64,000 nucleotides of DNA from Eledone cirrhosa (lineage: Eukaryota), in contig OZ024763.1 in the NCBI GenBank assembly GCA_964016885.1, forward strand, positions 26,040,001 to 26,104,000, in the 5' to 3' direction. The notes under the pieces were generated by a model. It had not been told where the DNA came from and ran no database searches. It worked only from the letters and a program-made list of their open reading frames with translations. Below are positions 11,690-24,474 of the stretch, in pieces (within the stretch, counting starts at the first letter, position 1; every line of letters begins with the position of its first letter). Position numbers and translations under genes: made by a program.

Positions 11690-13795
11690 AATTTCACCTC
11701 CAAAGTGAAACTGGTGTAATATATCCACCTGCAAAGTGAAACTGGTGTAATATATCCACCTGCAAAGTGAAACTGGTGTAATATTCCAAAGTGAAACTGG
11801 TGTAATATACACCTACAAAGTGAAACTGGTGTAATATTCACCTCCAAAGTGTAAACTGGTGTAATATATTCACCTGCAAAGTGAAACTGGTGTAATATAT
11901 TCACCTGCAAAGTGAAACTGGTGTAATATATTCACCTGCAAAGTGAAACTGGTGTAATATATTCACCTGCAAAGTGAAACTGGTGCAATATTCCAAAGTG
12001 AAACTGGTGCAATATTCCAAAGTGAAACTGGTGTAATATTCCAAAGTGAAACTGGTGTAATATTCCAAAGTGAAACTGGTGTAATATTCCAAAGTGAAAC
12101 TGGTGTAATATTCACCTCCAAAGTGTAAACTGGTGTAATATATTCACCTGCAAAGTGAAACTGGTGTAATATATCCACATCAAAAGTGAAACTGGTGAAA
12201 TATATCCACCTCCAAAGTGAAACTGGTGCAATATTCACCTACAAAGTGAAACTGGTGTAATATTCCAAAGTGAAACTGGTGCAATATTCACCTACAAAGT
12301 GAAACTGGTGTAATATTCCAAAGTGAAACTGGTGTAATATTCCAAAGAGATATTCACCTCCAAAGTGGAAACTGGTGTAATATTCCAAAGTGAAACTGGT
12401 GTAATATACACCTACAAAGTGAAACTGGTGTAATATTCACCTACAAAGTGAAACTGGTCTAATATTCCAAAGTGAAACTGGTGTAATATTCCAAAGAGAT
12501 ATTCACCTCCAAAGTGTAAACTGGTGTAATATTCCAAAGTGAAACTGGTGAAATATTCACCTCCAAAGTGAAACTGGTGTAATATATCCACCACCAAAGT
12601 GAAACTGGTGTAATATTCTAATTGAAACTGGTGTAATATTCACCTCCAAAGTGTAAACTGGTGTAATATTCCAAAGTGAAACTGGTGTAATATTCACCTC
12701 CAAAGTGTAAACTGGTGTAATATTCCAAAGTGAAACTGGTGTAATATTCACCTCCAAAGTGTAAACTGGTGTAATATTCCAAAGTGAAACTGGTGTAATA
12801 TTCACCTCCAAAGTGTAAACTGGTGTAATATTCCAAAGTGAAACTGGTGTAATATATTCACCTGCAAAGTGAAACTGGTGTAATATATCCACATCAAAAG
12901 TGAAACTGGTGTAATATATCCACCTCCAAAGTGAAACTGATGCAATATTCACCTACAAAGTGAAACTGGTGTAATATTCCAAAGTGAAACTGGTGTAATA
13001 TATTCACCTGCAAAGTGAAACTGGTGTAATATATGCACCTGCAATGTGAAACTGGTGTAATATATCCACCTCCAAAGTGAAACTGGTGCAATATTCTAAA
13101 GTGAAACTGGTGTAATATTCTAAAGTGAAACTGGTGTAATATTCTAAAGTGAAACTGGTGTAATATTCCAAAGTGAAACTGGTGTAATATTCACCTCCAA
13201 AGTGTAAACTGGTGTAATATTCCAAAGTGAAACTGGTGTAATATTCACCTCCAAAGTGTAAACTGGTGTAATATTCCAAAGTGAAACTGGTGTAATATTC
13301 ACCTCCAAAGTGTAAACTGGTGTAATATTCCAAAGTGAAACTGGTGTAATATTCACCTACAAAGTGAAACTGGTGTCATATTCCAAAGTGAAACTAGTGT
13401 AATGTTCCAAAGTGAAACTAGTGTAATGTTCCAAAGTGAAACTAGTGTAATGTTCCAAAGTGAAACTAGTGTAATGTTCCAAAGTGAAACTAGCGTAATA
13501 TTCCAAAGTGAAACTAGTGTAATATTCACCCCCAAAGTGTAAACTGGTGTAATATTCCAAAGTGAAACTGGTGTAATATTCCAAAGTGAAACTGGTGTAA
13601 TATTCACCTGCAAAGTGAAACTGGTGTAATATATCCACATCGAAAGTAAAACTGGTGTAATATATTCACCTGCAAAGTGAAACTGGTGTATTATATTCAC
13701 CTGCAAAGTGAAACTGGTGTAATATTCCAAAGCGAAACTGGTGTAATATTCACCTCCAAAGTGAAACTGGTGCAACATTCATCTCCAAAGCGAAA
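11690..13795. repeat. Minisatellite, 24-bp core CAAAGTGAAACTGGTGTAATATTC with 30-33 bp variants
   Basis: About 70 tandem units, with optional ACCTC/ACCTG/AT insertions and an alternating 24+31 pattern at 12620-12830 and 13170-13350. Confidence 0.97.
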
Positions 13796-14134
13796 ATATT
13801 TTAGCACATCATTTACATATAATTTTTAAGTTGGTGAAATCAAAATATTGACCTCGAAGACAAGTCCTCCTCCCTATTTTACCATCAATATTTTGTCACA
13901 TTTATCGACATATATACAAGTATATACAATATTTACTTTACATAAATTATCAAAAGATTTGCTATTTATGTAAACAGAATTATCCGAAACTAAATCTAAT
14001 AAAATTTCTTTTAATTAAATTTAAGAAAAAAAATATAGTTTGAAAGAAAACTAGAGATCACTGCTCCGACCAAGGTGTAGGAGTCACTGATTTTGACCAA
14101 GGTGTAGGGCCACGACATACAAAATAAACAGTAC

Positions 14135-14290
14135 TCACTGTAAATGAGTTTAGCGTTTTAAAAGGCTTCCAGCTGTTAAAGCGAAGCCAAGATCAGTTCT
14201 GTATGAGCAAGACATGGTCACCTGACCTGGCATTGCCCACAATAGGACAACTCGTCTAACCCATGCTAGCGTAGAAAAATGGACATTAAA
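14135..14290 (+). mobile_element. Degenerate SINE 3' half with RTE-type tail
   Basis: Ends CGTCTAACCCATGCTAGCGTAGAAAAATGGACATTAAA, similar to the RTE 3' end at 15090-15125. Confidence 0.5.
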
Positions 14291-14304
14291 TTGTGATTAT
14301 ATAT

Positions 14305-14476
<172 letters not shown>

Positions 14477-14661
14477 TCTCTGGTTCAATCGAGGGGGAAA
14501 CCACAGTAGGTAAAGTACTCAATACATTAGTAGAGTATATACAAAATATAATATAGAAATAGCTTCTTCAGGACTAGAAATATTTCATTCGAAGGAAATC
14601 ATCAGGAAAGCCCCGATTTCCTTGAAATGAAAGTTCTAGTCCTGTAGAAGTCATTTCTATA

Positions 14662-15127
14662 TCATTCTGTTGACAAAGGGTTTCTCCCTACGAACGAAAA
14701 GCCAGTTATATGATGCTTGTGTGAGATGGGTAGCAACTGCGGAGGATATGCGACGGCTGGAGAGAAATGAATCAAGCATGCTCCGTTGGATGTGCAATGT
14801 CAGTGTGTGTGAACGACCAAGTATAGACGAGTTGAAAAAGAAACTGGGTATAAGAGGGATAAGTTGTGGTGTGCAGGAGAGAAGACTGCGATGGTATGGA
14901 CATGTGATGCGCATGGAGGATGACCGCTGGGTAAAGAAGTGCCAAGAAATCCCAGTAGAAGGAAGATGCAGTAGAGGAAGACCACGAAAATCATGGGCGG
15001 GAGTGGTGAGAGCTGACCTCAGATCGCTGAAACTCACAGATGACGACGAAGGACAGTGACGATGGAGAGATGCTGTGCTGAATAGGACCCGTCCCACCCT
15101 TGCAAGCAGGAAAACTCAGACGTATGA
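14662..15127 (+). mobile_element. 5'-truncated RTE-clade LINE (ORF2 C-terminus and 3' UTR)
   Basis: KGFSLRTKSQLYDACVR..MRRLERNESSMLRWMCNV..RRLRWYGHVMRM..VEGRCSRGRPRKSW, the diagnostic RTE C-terminal motifs. Confidence 0.9.
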
Positions 15128-15422
15128 AAATATATATATATATAAAAATCAAATATACTACTTGACCAATATACTAATATGTATAGATAATATAGATATA
15201 ACAAACCTGTTGGTATAAACATCAACACTGGTAGACTCCTTCAGTACAGGAGAGGGGCAGATGATACTCCTGGCTTGTGTTTGATCAATAGCATCACTCC
15301 TTCCCTCTGGCACATAAATTTCTATTTGGTAGTGACCAGTTGTTTCCTCCTACTAAGAAAGAACTACCACCAGGGGTCAGAAGGTTAATTTATGAGTTTT
15401 ATTTATTTAGTTTATGTATCAT

Positions 15423-15514
15423 ATACAGGGTGTCCCCCCAAAATGTATACACGCTTCAACAATATTCTTATAAATATGTGTATGCATTTTTTTTGGGGGG
15501 GGGTCACCCTGTAT
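15423..15514. mobile_element. Tc1/mariner-type MITE
   Basis: TIRs TACAGGGTGTCCCCCCAAAATGTATACAC / GTGTATGCATTTT..GGGGGGTCACCCTGTA, flanked by TA. Confidence 0.8.
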
Positions 15515-15589
15515 TTGTGGTGGAAGGTTATTGTGGCTGAGGGAAGGAAGGGAAGGAGAATGTAGATTGTGTGTGTGTTGACTGTAGAC

Positions 15590-15623
<34 letters not shown>

Positions 15624-15724
15624 CGTGTCTGTGTGTAAGTAGAAGAGAGAGAGAACCTGAGATGGGAGAGACACATACATGTATGTGTGTCTCCCATCTC
15701 ACGTTCTCTCTCCCTTCTACTTGC

Positions 15725-16012
<288 letters not shown>

Positions 16013-16024
16013 ACATACGCATGT

Positions 16025-16251
16025 TTAACCCTTTAGCATTTAAACCGGCCATATCTGGCCAGAATTCTCTCACCTCTTTCTGTTCAAACGGACCGTAACT
16101 AGCCACACATACTGATGTTAAGGTATTGTTTTCAAAGTAAATAATATCATTATCAAAATCTCAGATTCGATGTGAATAATTATGTGAGATCAAGTCTTTA
16201 CTGTGAAAATACAATAGTAGATATAGAGTAATGTGAATGCTAAAGTGTTAA
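16025..16251. mobile_element. piggyBac-type MITE
   Basis: TTAA-CCCTTTAGCATT ... AATGCTAAAGTG-TTAA: terminal inverted repeats with TTAA target duplications. Confidence 0.75.
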
Positions 16252-16857
16252 ATACACACAAACACACACACAAACATACATATACACAGCCTTAATATAA
16301 ACCATCAATACTTACCATAGATATACAGTGTTGTTTACCATCTCCGGTCAGTTTAAACTGGAGATGGTAGACAGACAGACCAATCTCAGAGATAATATTT
16401 ACGTTTATGTTGACAGAGGGCAAAAGGGTGGGTATTGGTGTGGTCAGCCAGAACAATGACGTCCCCTTCTTCTGTAAGGTTGCCAGGAGGGGACTGGGTC
16501 ACTACAAAATTAAAACAATATTTGTTATATGAACAGTGTGTGTGTGAGTAGGGGAGTAATTTTTTGCGTAGGGGTTAATTTAGATAATATAGGGTTAACA
16601 TCAACAATGTGGAGGTAATATGGCTAACATGAAGAGTGTGGTGTGTGTGTATGTGGGGGGCTAACATGAAGAGTGCGCTGGTGGTGGTGGTGGGGGGGGG
16701 GAACATGGCGAGAGTGTGGTGGTGGGGCAAACATGGCGATAGTGTGTGTGTGGGGGGGGAACATGGCGAGAGTGTGTGTGGGGGGCTAGCATGGAGATAG
16801 TGTGGGGGCTTTTGAACAGGGGGGGGATATCAGTATGCGTGCAGTTGTAGAAGGGTA

Positions 16858-16907
<50 letters not shown>

Positions 16908-16909
<2 letters not shown>

Positions 16910-17135
16910 GCACGTGGCCTAGTGGTAAGGGTCTTGGACTTACAATCATAACATCGTTGTTTCGATTCCTGGGTTCTGTGTTGTGTTCTTGAGCAAAACA
17001 CTTCATTTCACGTTGCTCCAGTAAACTCAGCTGAAAATGAGTACCAACAATAGATGGGGGTTTAACCCTGCGATGGACTGGCGCCCTGTCCAGGGTGGAG
17101 TCTTGTACTCTCAGTCGTTTCACGCCATAATGCAT
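16908..17135 (+). mobile_element. tRNA-derived SINE, family 2 (CORE/Meta/V-like central domain)
   Basis: A box GTGGCCTAGTGG, B-box-like TTTCGATTCC, core TTCTTGAGCAAAACACTTCATTTCACGTTGCTCCAGT, then CCCTGCGATGGACTGGCGCCCTGTCCAGGG. Confidence 0.85.
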
Positions 17136-17451
17136 GGAAAATCTAAGTCGTCTAACTACAGAGGTACAACGTCAAACCATTCTAGCCCATTACTATAAAA
17201 AGTTATTTCAAAAATAAATAGATGATAAATAGAAAAAGAGAAATGGGGAATACATATACATACACAAATATATATATATATATATATATTTATTAAAATA
17301 ACAGATTAAAGTTTAAGCAAAGAATCGCTGCTTTCACCCTTAACGGGATCTGTTATTTTAATAAATATTTGCTCTACGGTTCTTATATATTTGATATATA
17401 TTTATCCTTATCGAGCCCTCTTTGGATTTTAGTCTTCAAATTTATTATTAT

Positions 17452-17490
<39 letters not shown>

Positions 17491-17532
17491 AGTGAGTTTT
17501 ATTATTTCTGGAAATATAATAATATCCCCCAC

Positions 17533-17587
<55 letters not shown>

Positions 17588-17609
17588 AATATATATAGGG
17601 GTGGGGGAT

Positions 17610-18320
17610 ATTATTATATTGCCAGAAATAATAAAACTCACTTTTTGGTTTGGGTTGGATTTCACTTCCATATATTTTATATCTATCCCTATAGTTAATT
17701 TAACTAGCAATCAATGTTTTATTGATTGACCAACAGTTTTATATATATATACATAGTCTCCCAGAGTTCTTTCGTCACACACCTGTGAGATCAGTGATAC
17801 TATTGTTTCTTCCTGTTGTATTGTAATGATGGTACAACAACCAATCAAAGGCCATAAGAAAGATTAAAGTGGTAGAAAAGCCAGGATCTACTATAAAATC
17901 CCTGAATTAGGGAAGCAACTGAAATAGAACCAAGAAAACCGAAGTAGAACAGAAAACTTGAATGGAACAACAACAAGCATACAAATACACACTAGTGACC
18001 AAAGATAGAATACAAACACGAACACAAACCAAACAGAAAACGCGCATAGAAACACATTCGGAAATCGAGACAAATAAATAAACAATTGACTAAGTAAACA
18101 TTACAATACAACGGGAGGAAACAATAATATCACTGATGATGTCACAAGTGTGTGATGAAAGAATTCAGACTATAAATAAATATATATATATATAAACAGT
18201 TGGTCAATCAATGATAAATATTGATTGCCAGCTAAATTAACTATCGGGATGTAGAATATACAGAAGCCAAAACCAACCCAACCCAAACTGTTTTATTATA
18301 TATTTCTGGCAATACTATAA
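17610..18320. mobile_element. Penelope-like remnant: ~220-bp inverted repeats with a hammerhead-like motif flanking a short internal fragment
   Basis: 17610-17830 is the reverse complement of 18095-18320. Motif CTGATGA-TGTCACAAGTGTGTGAT-GAAA at 18133-18160. Internal frame KIKVVEKPGSTIKSL at 17860-17905. Confidence 0.55.
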
Positions 18321-18556
18321 CAATATGACCCTTCCCAAATATAATTTGTTTCGACATACGATTTCATATTAAAAAACGTTGCAAACAAATTAGTTCGGAT
18401 CTAGCTGTCGAAACATCTAGCTTCTGTGTTTTTTTTTCTTTTGTTTTTCCTTTCCCTTTCCTTTATATATTATATTATATTATATATTTGTTTTTTGCTT
18501 TCGTTCTGTAAATATTGTATTATATTTCTTTTTATAAGAAATATAATACAATTTTA

Positions 18557-18747
18557 AGGGCAGTAGATTGGCAGTATCAGTATTGTGTCCGACACCATGC
18601 TTTGCAGCATAGAGTCACGGCCCTTTACGCTCTGAGTTCAAATCCCGCTGAGGTTAACTTTACCTTTCATCCTTACGGCGTCGATAAAATAAAGTACCAG
18701 TCATGCACTGGGATAATTGCTGGCCTTGTGCCAAAAGTAGAAACAAT
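18557..18747 (+). mobile_element. tRNA-derived SINE, family 1
   Basis: Full-length match to 4325-4512. Confidence 0.9.
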
Positions 18748-19227
18748 GATATTTCTTTTTATACAAAATAAAATTTAAATCATCTACAATACTTAGATAC
18801 AACAATACAATAAAAATATTGCAAATCAGAGGTGTCATTTACCTTTAATCTCACCTCTTCCCATTAGATCTATATTTTACTTCTGGAATACTGTATTAAC
18901 ATTTATATTTTCATGTCTATATTATTAAGTATTAAGGTTGTTATATAATATTTAGAATACAGTCTACAGACAAGGGGAAGTTGGGAAGGGATAATTATTT
19001 AAAAACTGATCTCTCAACTCCATCTTTATTTAGCTTACCCCAGGGTTTCCCAACCTGGGCGATTTCATATATACGTACACATATATATTCATTAAATAAT
19101 AACCCTTCTTTAATATTTAACTCTGCACCTTAAGCATTGAGCACACCTCGCTTCGGCTATTGGCGTCTAGTATACTGTACCACACTTTTTTGTCTCCTCT
19201 TTTCTTATGATACATATCTTCTCTTTA

Positions 19228-19259
<32 letters not shown>

Positions 19260-20251
19260 ATGCATAAACACTTCTATGCAAATACTCATACATATATATT
19301 AAAAACACATATATACCAGCATAATAACGATTGACAAACCATCAGGACACATGCTTTGCTTGCTCGTGTGAAAACCGAACTTGCTACTCTACGTACACTG
19401 ACGGAAACAGATATGTACATAAACACAAAAATAGAACTGGTATGACTTATATAGGTACATCAAAGATTTTGTTCCACTATTGAACCATTCGAGGTAGTTA
19501 GAACGAAGTAGCAGTGTAGTACTGGGGTCAATTCTTCTTCTATATCTCTTTCTTAATTCCTTTCTCTCACTCTATATCCGTCTCAGGAAAACATAACCTA
19601 TCTGGGGTAGAGATCGGATCTGTCACCTTATACAAAATACCCTGAACACCCCGAATGTCAATGTGGGACCTCTACAACTCCCTCACAAGTTATAGGTCCA
19701 TACATACATAGAAACATCAGAGATATCTTTTATATCTTTCACTCGATAATGCTAGACAAGTATTCCGTGAGTCAGAAAGGAATATTTGCGATATGACGGG
19801 AGAACCTCTCTGAATAAATATTAGATAGTTCAGATGCTACGTAAAGCAGGCGACGACAACATCGAAGACCAGAGATGCCATGTGGAAATGGACATCGACA
19901 TAACACACATAGGGTTACCTTATAATCATAGACATTTGGGCTTATGAACACACACACACACACACGCACACACACATATACATATAAATATATACGGGTG
20001 CACAAGTGTACGGAGTTCTCATGTCGCCACTAAGGATTCCGCCAGATGTCCCGTCACACATCTCTACACCTTCCATTAAATGTTGATTAGTAAATATATA
20101 GTAAGTATATATCACATGTAAGAGGGAAAGCCATAGCAAGTGTTGAGGATAAGAGACGTGTGGAATTAATAATAAAAATATTGTTAAAATTATTAATAGT
20201 AGTAGTTGTCACAATAAAGTGGGGAGGACAACATTATTATAAATACTTATA

Positions 20252-20537
20252 ATTGTTTCTACTTTAGGCACAAGGCCAGCAATTACTCAGTACATTACTG
20301 GTACTTTATTTTATCGACCCCGTAAGGATGAAAGGTGTTGTTTAGAGGGCGGTGGATTGGCAGTATCAGTAGAGGCTCGGACGCCATGCTTTGACGTATA
20401 GAGTTACGGCTCTTGCCATTCTGAGTTCAAATCCCGCCGAGGTTAACTTTGCCTTTCATCCTTACAGGCTCGATAAAATAAAGTACCAGTAATGCACTGG
20501 GTAATTTGCTGGCCTTGTGCCAAACCTAGAAACAATT
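20252..20537. mobile_element. Two family-1 SINEs head-to-head (3' fragment on -, full copy 20346-20537 on +)
   Basis: Flanked on both sides by ATTATTATAAATACTTATA (likely target duplication). Absent from the paralogue at ~26000. Confidence 0.85.
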
Positions 20538-21014
20538 ATTATAAATACTTATATACACACAAGCTTAAACAGGTATACATACGTACGCTTATCTAGACTC
20601 GTACGTACATAAACGTTTATAAATAAAAGCCGAAGCTGATAAAAAGAACATAGCTTACCATATCGAATTTGGAAGGATGCACATAACGTTGCTTCAACAT
20701 GGTCCCATCATCATTTGCTGATACAATTATTGCATACGCAACACAAGTTTAAAGGGCTATCTCTTTAGAAACCATCAAGCCAGGCCACCATCTAGACACT
20801 GAGGTATGACAGTTGAAGGACATCAGGTGGTTATAGCATCAAATCAAACCTAAAGAGATAAAAATAAAATCATGATATATTTTCTGAAAACTACAGAATA
20901 GTAAAAGACATGTCGACACCTTTGCGGTATTAATAAGACTGAGAAAGGTATGAACGCCACCACGTCAATTAAGCTTCGAAAATAGAAAGTAGGTTTATAT
21001 ATCTATTAATTTTC

Positions 21015-21400
21015 ATTTTCTTCCCCAATTCTGTATTTTGAAGTGCTTTCATTATTTTAAATATTTCTATCATGTCACTCGTTTGATTAATCTCCTCCAA
21101 AGTTGTAATTCTAAGTGTTTGTCCTTGGTATAGTGAACTAATGTTGATATTTTCAAGTCTTGACATTTATATCGAATAGTGTACTAATATTTAAATAGTC
21201 TTTATATTTTTATCCTGCTCCCCTAAGATTTATCTCCTCTAAATTTACAAAAGTTCACATTTCTTTCACAAGATAGATCCTTAAATAATTATAGTGTTTT
21301 CTGTTTTCTTCTTCTCTTGGTTGCTTCAAGAGCCTCACCGTTTTTACAGATGTCGGTTGACAATTTTCTCAGTGGTATCATACATATTCATCTAGAGTTT
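21015..21400 (-). mobile_element. Degenerate CR1/L2 LINE remnant (duplicated with the array; also ~6555-6720, 27700-28090, 31600-31900)
   Basis: ORF 20969-21166(-) contains LRITTLEEINQTSDMIEIFKIMK. Confidence 0.65.
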
Positions 21401-21995
21401 TAGATTTTTCAGCAATTAACTAGGGAACAGAATGTTTTATTATTTCTATTATCCGTCTCCCTTTTTTGCTTCACCATGGTTAGCCATCTTTCAATTCATA
21501 TTCATACATATTCACAATTCTTCTGTGAGGGGTATAAGAAGCTCGTTTTTTGCTCCACATTCGATACCAAATCATGCTTCCTTTTTATAACTTCGTTGTA
21601 CAAATATAATAATTAAAGTATATATATATATAAGCAATGTATATATATATAGCTTCTTATTAACTCTTTCTCGAAACATTTATTTCTTCAAAATAACGTA
21701 AGACATATCCCGAAAAATAGTGTAAGGTGTCTCAATAATTATTCCATTTCAATCAATTTCTCATTTCAGTTTTCTTTAAAAATATCTTGGCGTTGAAGAT
21801 TTGTCCTCATAGTAATTAGCTTGTCTCAAAATTGTTCGCAGTGTTTCCATGTTTAGTGTCACAAACTATCGTTAATTCATGATTTTGCTCTAATGTAATA
21901 AATGTTACTTTTAAAAGAGTGAAGCTCTCAATTTTTTCTTTCTCTTCTATATTGATATCTAATGAATGACAAATGTATGTGTTATGTGATAGGAG

Positions 21996-22088
21996 AAAAA
22001 ACACACAGCCTTCTTCCCTCGCTATAGAAGGCTAACTGACAATGTCGTTCGTAGGAGTAACAAGTCACCTCTTACTGCCTTTTATATA
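21996..22088 (-). ncRNA. Candidate small-RNA gene, class II, copy 2 (internally deleted)
   Basis: TATATAAAAGGC at 22088(-), 3' hairpin AGCCTTCT-ATAGCGAGGGA-AGAAGGCT, then T6. Confidence 0.3.
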
Positions 22089-22465
22089 CCATGTTAACTG
22101 GAACGACTTTCCAAGTATGGATATACACTCTCTCCTTATCAATATTGTCCGAGTCCGAGGACATTTTCTCTCTGGTTAAGGAGTGAGAAGAAATATTAGG
22201 GATCAATCTCTAGCAATAATTTAATTAAATTATATTTAACCAAAGCTGTTATGTCGTGGTTGTTGTTATATTTTATAGTCGTGGTTTCAATGTTTATGAG
22301 GGGTTGTAGAATTAGTTTTATCTAATTATTATCAAACAAAAATGATGTATATATTGTCGTTGTACGTTGAAATCACATATATAGATTTATATACACACCA
22401 AGGATGGAGGGAAGACGGAATTGAAAACCATTATTGCTGAGCACAACATTGCAGGATCAAATATA

Positions 22466-22498
<33 letters not shown>

Positions 22499-22724
22499 AT
22501 CGGGTATGACCATTGATGAATGTCCCTGCAGATCATCAGGTTGTAGGATGAAATCAACCCTAGAGAAATGATAAGGTATATTTTACGGAAGCTCGCGAAG
22601 AATAAAGATGAAAGTGAACCATTTTGAATTAATATCATTGGGAAAGCCATGAAGGCCACTACATCAATTTTTCTTTTAAATAGAAAGTAGGTTTATAAAT
22701 TTTAATTTTGATAGTAATTTTGTA

Positions 22725-22821
22725 GTTGTCGCGGTAGCCTATTGGTAGGTGTTGGGACAGTGGTGATGCTGGTCTGGGGTTCAATCTCAGTCAGGAATCT
22801 CTCGAGAAATTTAATTTTTTT
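22725..22821 (+). ncRNA. Candidate Pol III small RNA, class I, copy c
   Basis: TATAAA at ~-31. GTTGTCGCGGTAGCCTATTGGTAGGTGTTGGGACAGTGGTGATGCTGGTCTGGGGTTCAATCTCAGTCAGGAATC, with T7 at 22815. Confidence 0.55.
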
Positions 22822-22842
22822 AAATTTTTCATAAAATGAACG

Positions 22843-22933
22843 AAAATAGAGGTTGCAGGAATCTGATTGAGATCGAACCCCAGACCGGCATCTCCAGCAC
22901 CTCTAATACTTACCACTAGTCTACGGAGGCGGT
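22843..22933 (-). ncRNA. Candidate Pol III small RNA, class I, copy d
   Basis: TATAAA starts at 22963 (-30). ACCGCCTCCGTAGACTAGTGGTAAGTATTAGAGGTGCTGGAGATGCCGGTCTGGGGTTCGATCTCAATCAGATTCC, then T4. Confidence 0.55.
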
Positions 22934-23017
22934 TATAAAACTTAGTGAAAATTAATATTTATAAACCTACTTTTTCAATTTTTTATAAAAACAAAATTTC
23001 AGTACAAGGTTTTCATG

Positions 23018-23093
23018 TACACCTGACAGAGATCGAACCCCTAATCAATATCACCACTGTCTCTAATGTCTACCACTAGACCACTGAGACAGT
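23018..23093 (-). ncRNA. Candidate Pol III small RNA, class I, copy e
   Basis: TATAAA starts at 23124 (-31). ACTGTCTCAGTGGTCTAGTGGTAGACATTAGAGACAGT is a hairpin with two perfect stems, followed by GGGGTTCGATCTC. T4 tracts lie near 22990. Confidence 0.6.
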
Positions 23094-23189
23094 TATGAAA
23101 TCGTAATGAAAATTAATATTTATAAACTTACTTTTTAATGGTTTTTTATTTTAGAAGAGGTAAACTAAAACTTAATAATACCCATAGTG

Positions 23190-23265
23190 TAGAACCAGAT
23201 AGAGATTGAACCCTAGACCAGGATTTCACCGTTTCTAATACATACCACTGGGCCAGAGAGAATGT
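23190..23265 (-). ncRNA. Candidate Pol III small RNA, class I, copy f
   Basis: TATAAA starts at 23295 (-30). TGGCCCAGTGG A box, GGGTTCAATCTC B box, T4 at ~23168. Confidence 0.5.
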
Positions 23266-24474
23266 ACGAATTCGTAGTGAAAATTAATATTTATAAAACT
23301 ACATTTTGTTCGGTTGAAAACTCGATGTAGTGGCATTCATGGCTTTTTCGGGACGTCCTTGAATTCATAAAGTAAATCTAGACTTTATTTCTCATTGCTC
23401 TAGGCTTGATTTGAACCTACAACAACTCCGTCTGCAATAATGTCATACCTCATTCCAGCTTAGTACGTTGTACCCGTAAATTGTTAAACGTGGTTCCTAT
23501 ATGTACATGCAAGTAAGATTTGAACCTACAATGCTGTGCTTAATTTCTATTAATAAGTGTGTTTTATAAAAGAAAGTAAAGAAACAATTTAATGAAAGTA
23601 AAAAATTTATTTTATTCAGGAATGTTTTTTTTTTATTTTATGTATTCACTTCATTAACTGCTGAATAGTTCTCTTGTTTTTGTTTGTTCTTACCATTGTT
23701 TACTGTAAATGGTGACTGTGACTAGACTGGATTATTACCAAGTTTTACTGGAAGATGGCATTTCCTTATTTTGTTGTCAGTGGACATCTCTCTAAATACC
23801 TGGAATAAACATATGGTGTGTCTTTTACGTAACATTTCATTTAATATCTGATGTTCCAATGGATTACTTTTAAAATAAAACCAATAAACAGGACAGGTAG
23901 ACTCCATCAAAAGAGACCAGAGATGAGGTACGAATAATCTAAAATTAATTTTTAAAAAAGACAATGTTTAAAGAAAGACATACATTAAAAAAGGATTTCC
24001 AACAAACACGTAAAGACAAAGACAATCACATCCACAATTTAATATCTGAAGATCAACATTTTTCACGATATAAATAAAACTAAATATGTAAAGTTAAGTG
24101 ACCTCTCATTTATTTGCTCTAACTTTATTTTACTAATCTGTATTCTGTAGACATATTTTCGTTGGTGTACATTACGATTTCGTTGATGAAAGTTTTCACT
24201 CGTCTTTAGATCTTTATTTCTTATAAAAGTTATAATACTCACCTCCTCTCATTAGATCTCTATTTTACTTCTGGAATACTGTATTAACATTTATATTTTC
24301 ATCTCGATATTATTAAGTATTAAGATTGCCATGTATTACAATACAGTATATAAACAAGGGAATATGAGGAGGGGTAATCATTTAAAAACAGCTAACCCCA
24401 CACTCTGTGTATTTAGATTACACCAGGGTGTCCCATGGGCGATTTCATATATACATACACACATATATATACAA

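Larger units (their letters stand above)
18830..22135 (+). repeat. Segmental duplication, paralogous to 24240-26470 and 27695-28860
   Basis: 18830-19950~24240-25500 (and 4200-5430), 19990-21010~25755-26470, 21015-22135~27695-28860. Confidence 0.88.

Noticed and set aside
11690-13795. CRISPR-like repeat (GTGAAAC motif, 24-33 bp)
   Set aside because: Units are contiguous with only 0-9 bp stereotyped inserts, so it is a minisatellite.
22725-23265. Canonical tRNA gene cluster
   Set aside because: A/B boxes and tRNA-like spacing are present, but there is no acceptor or anticodon stem. Reported instead as non-canonical class I RNA.
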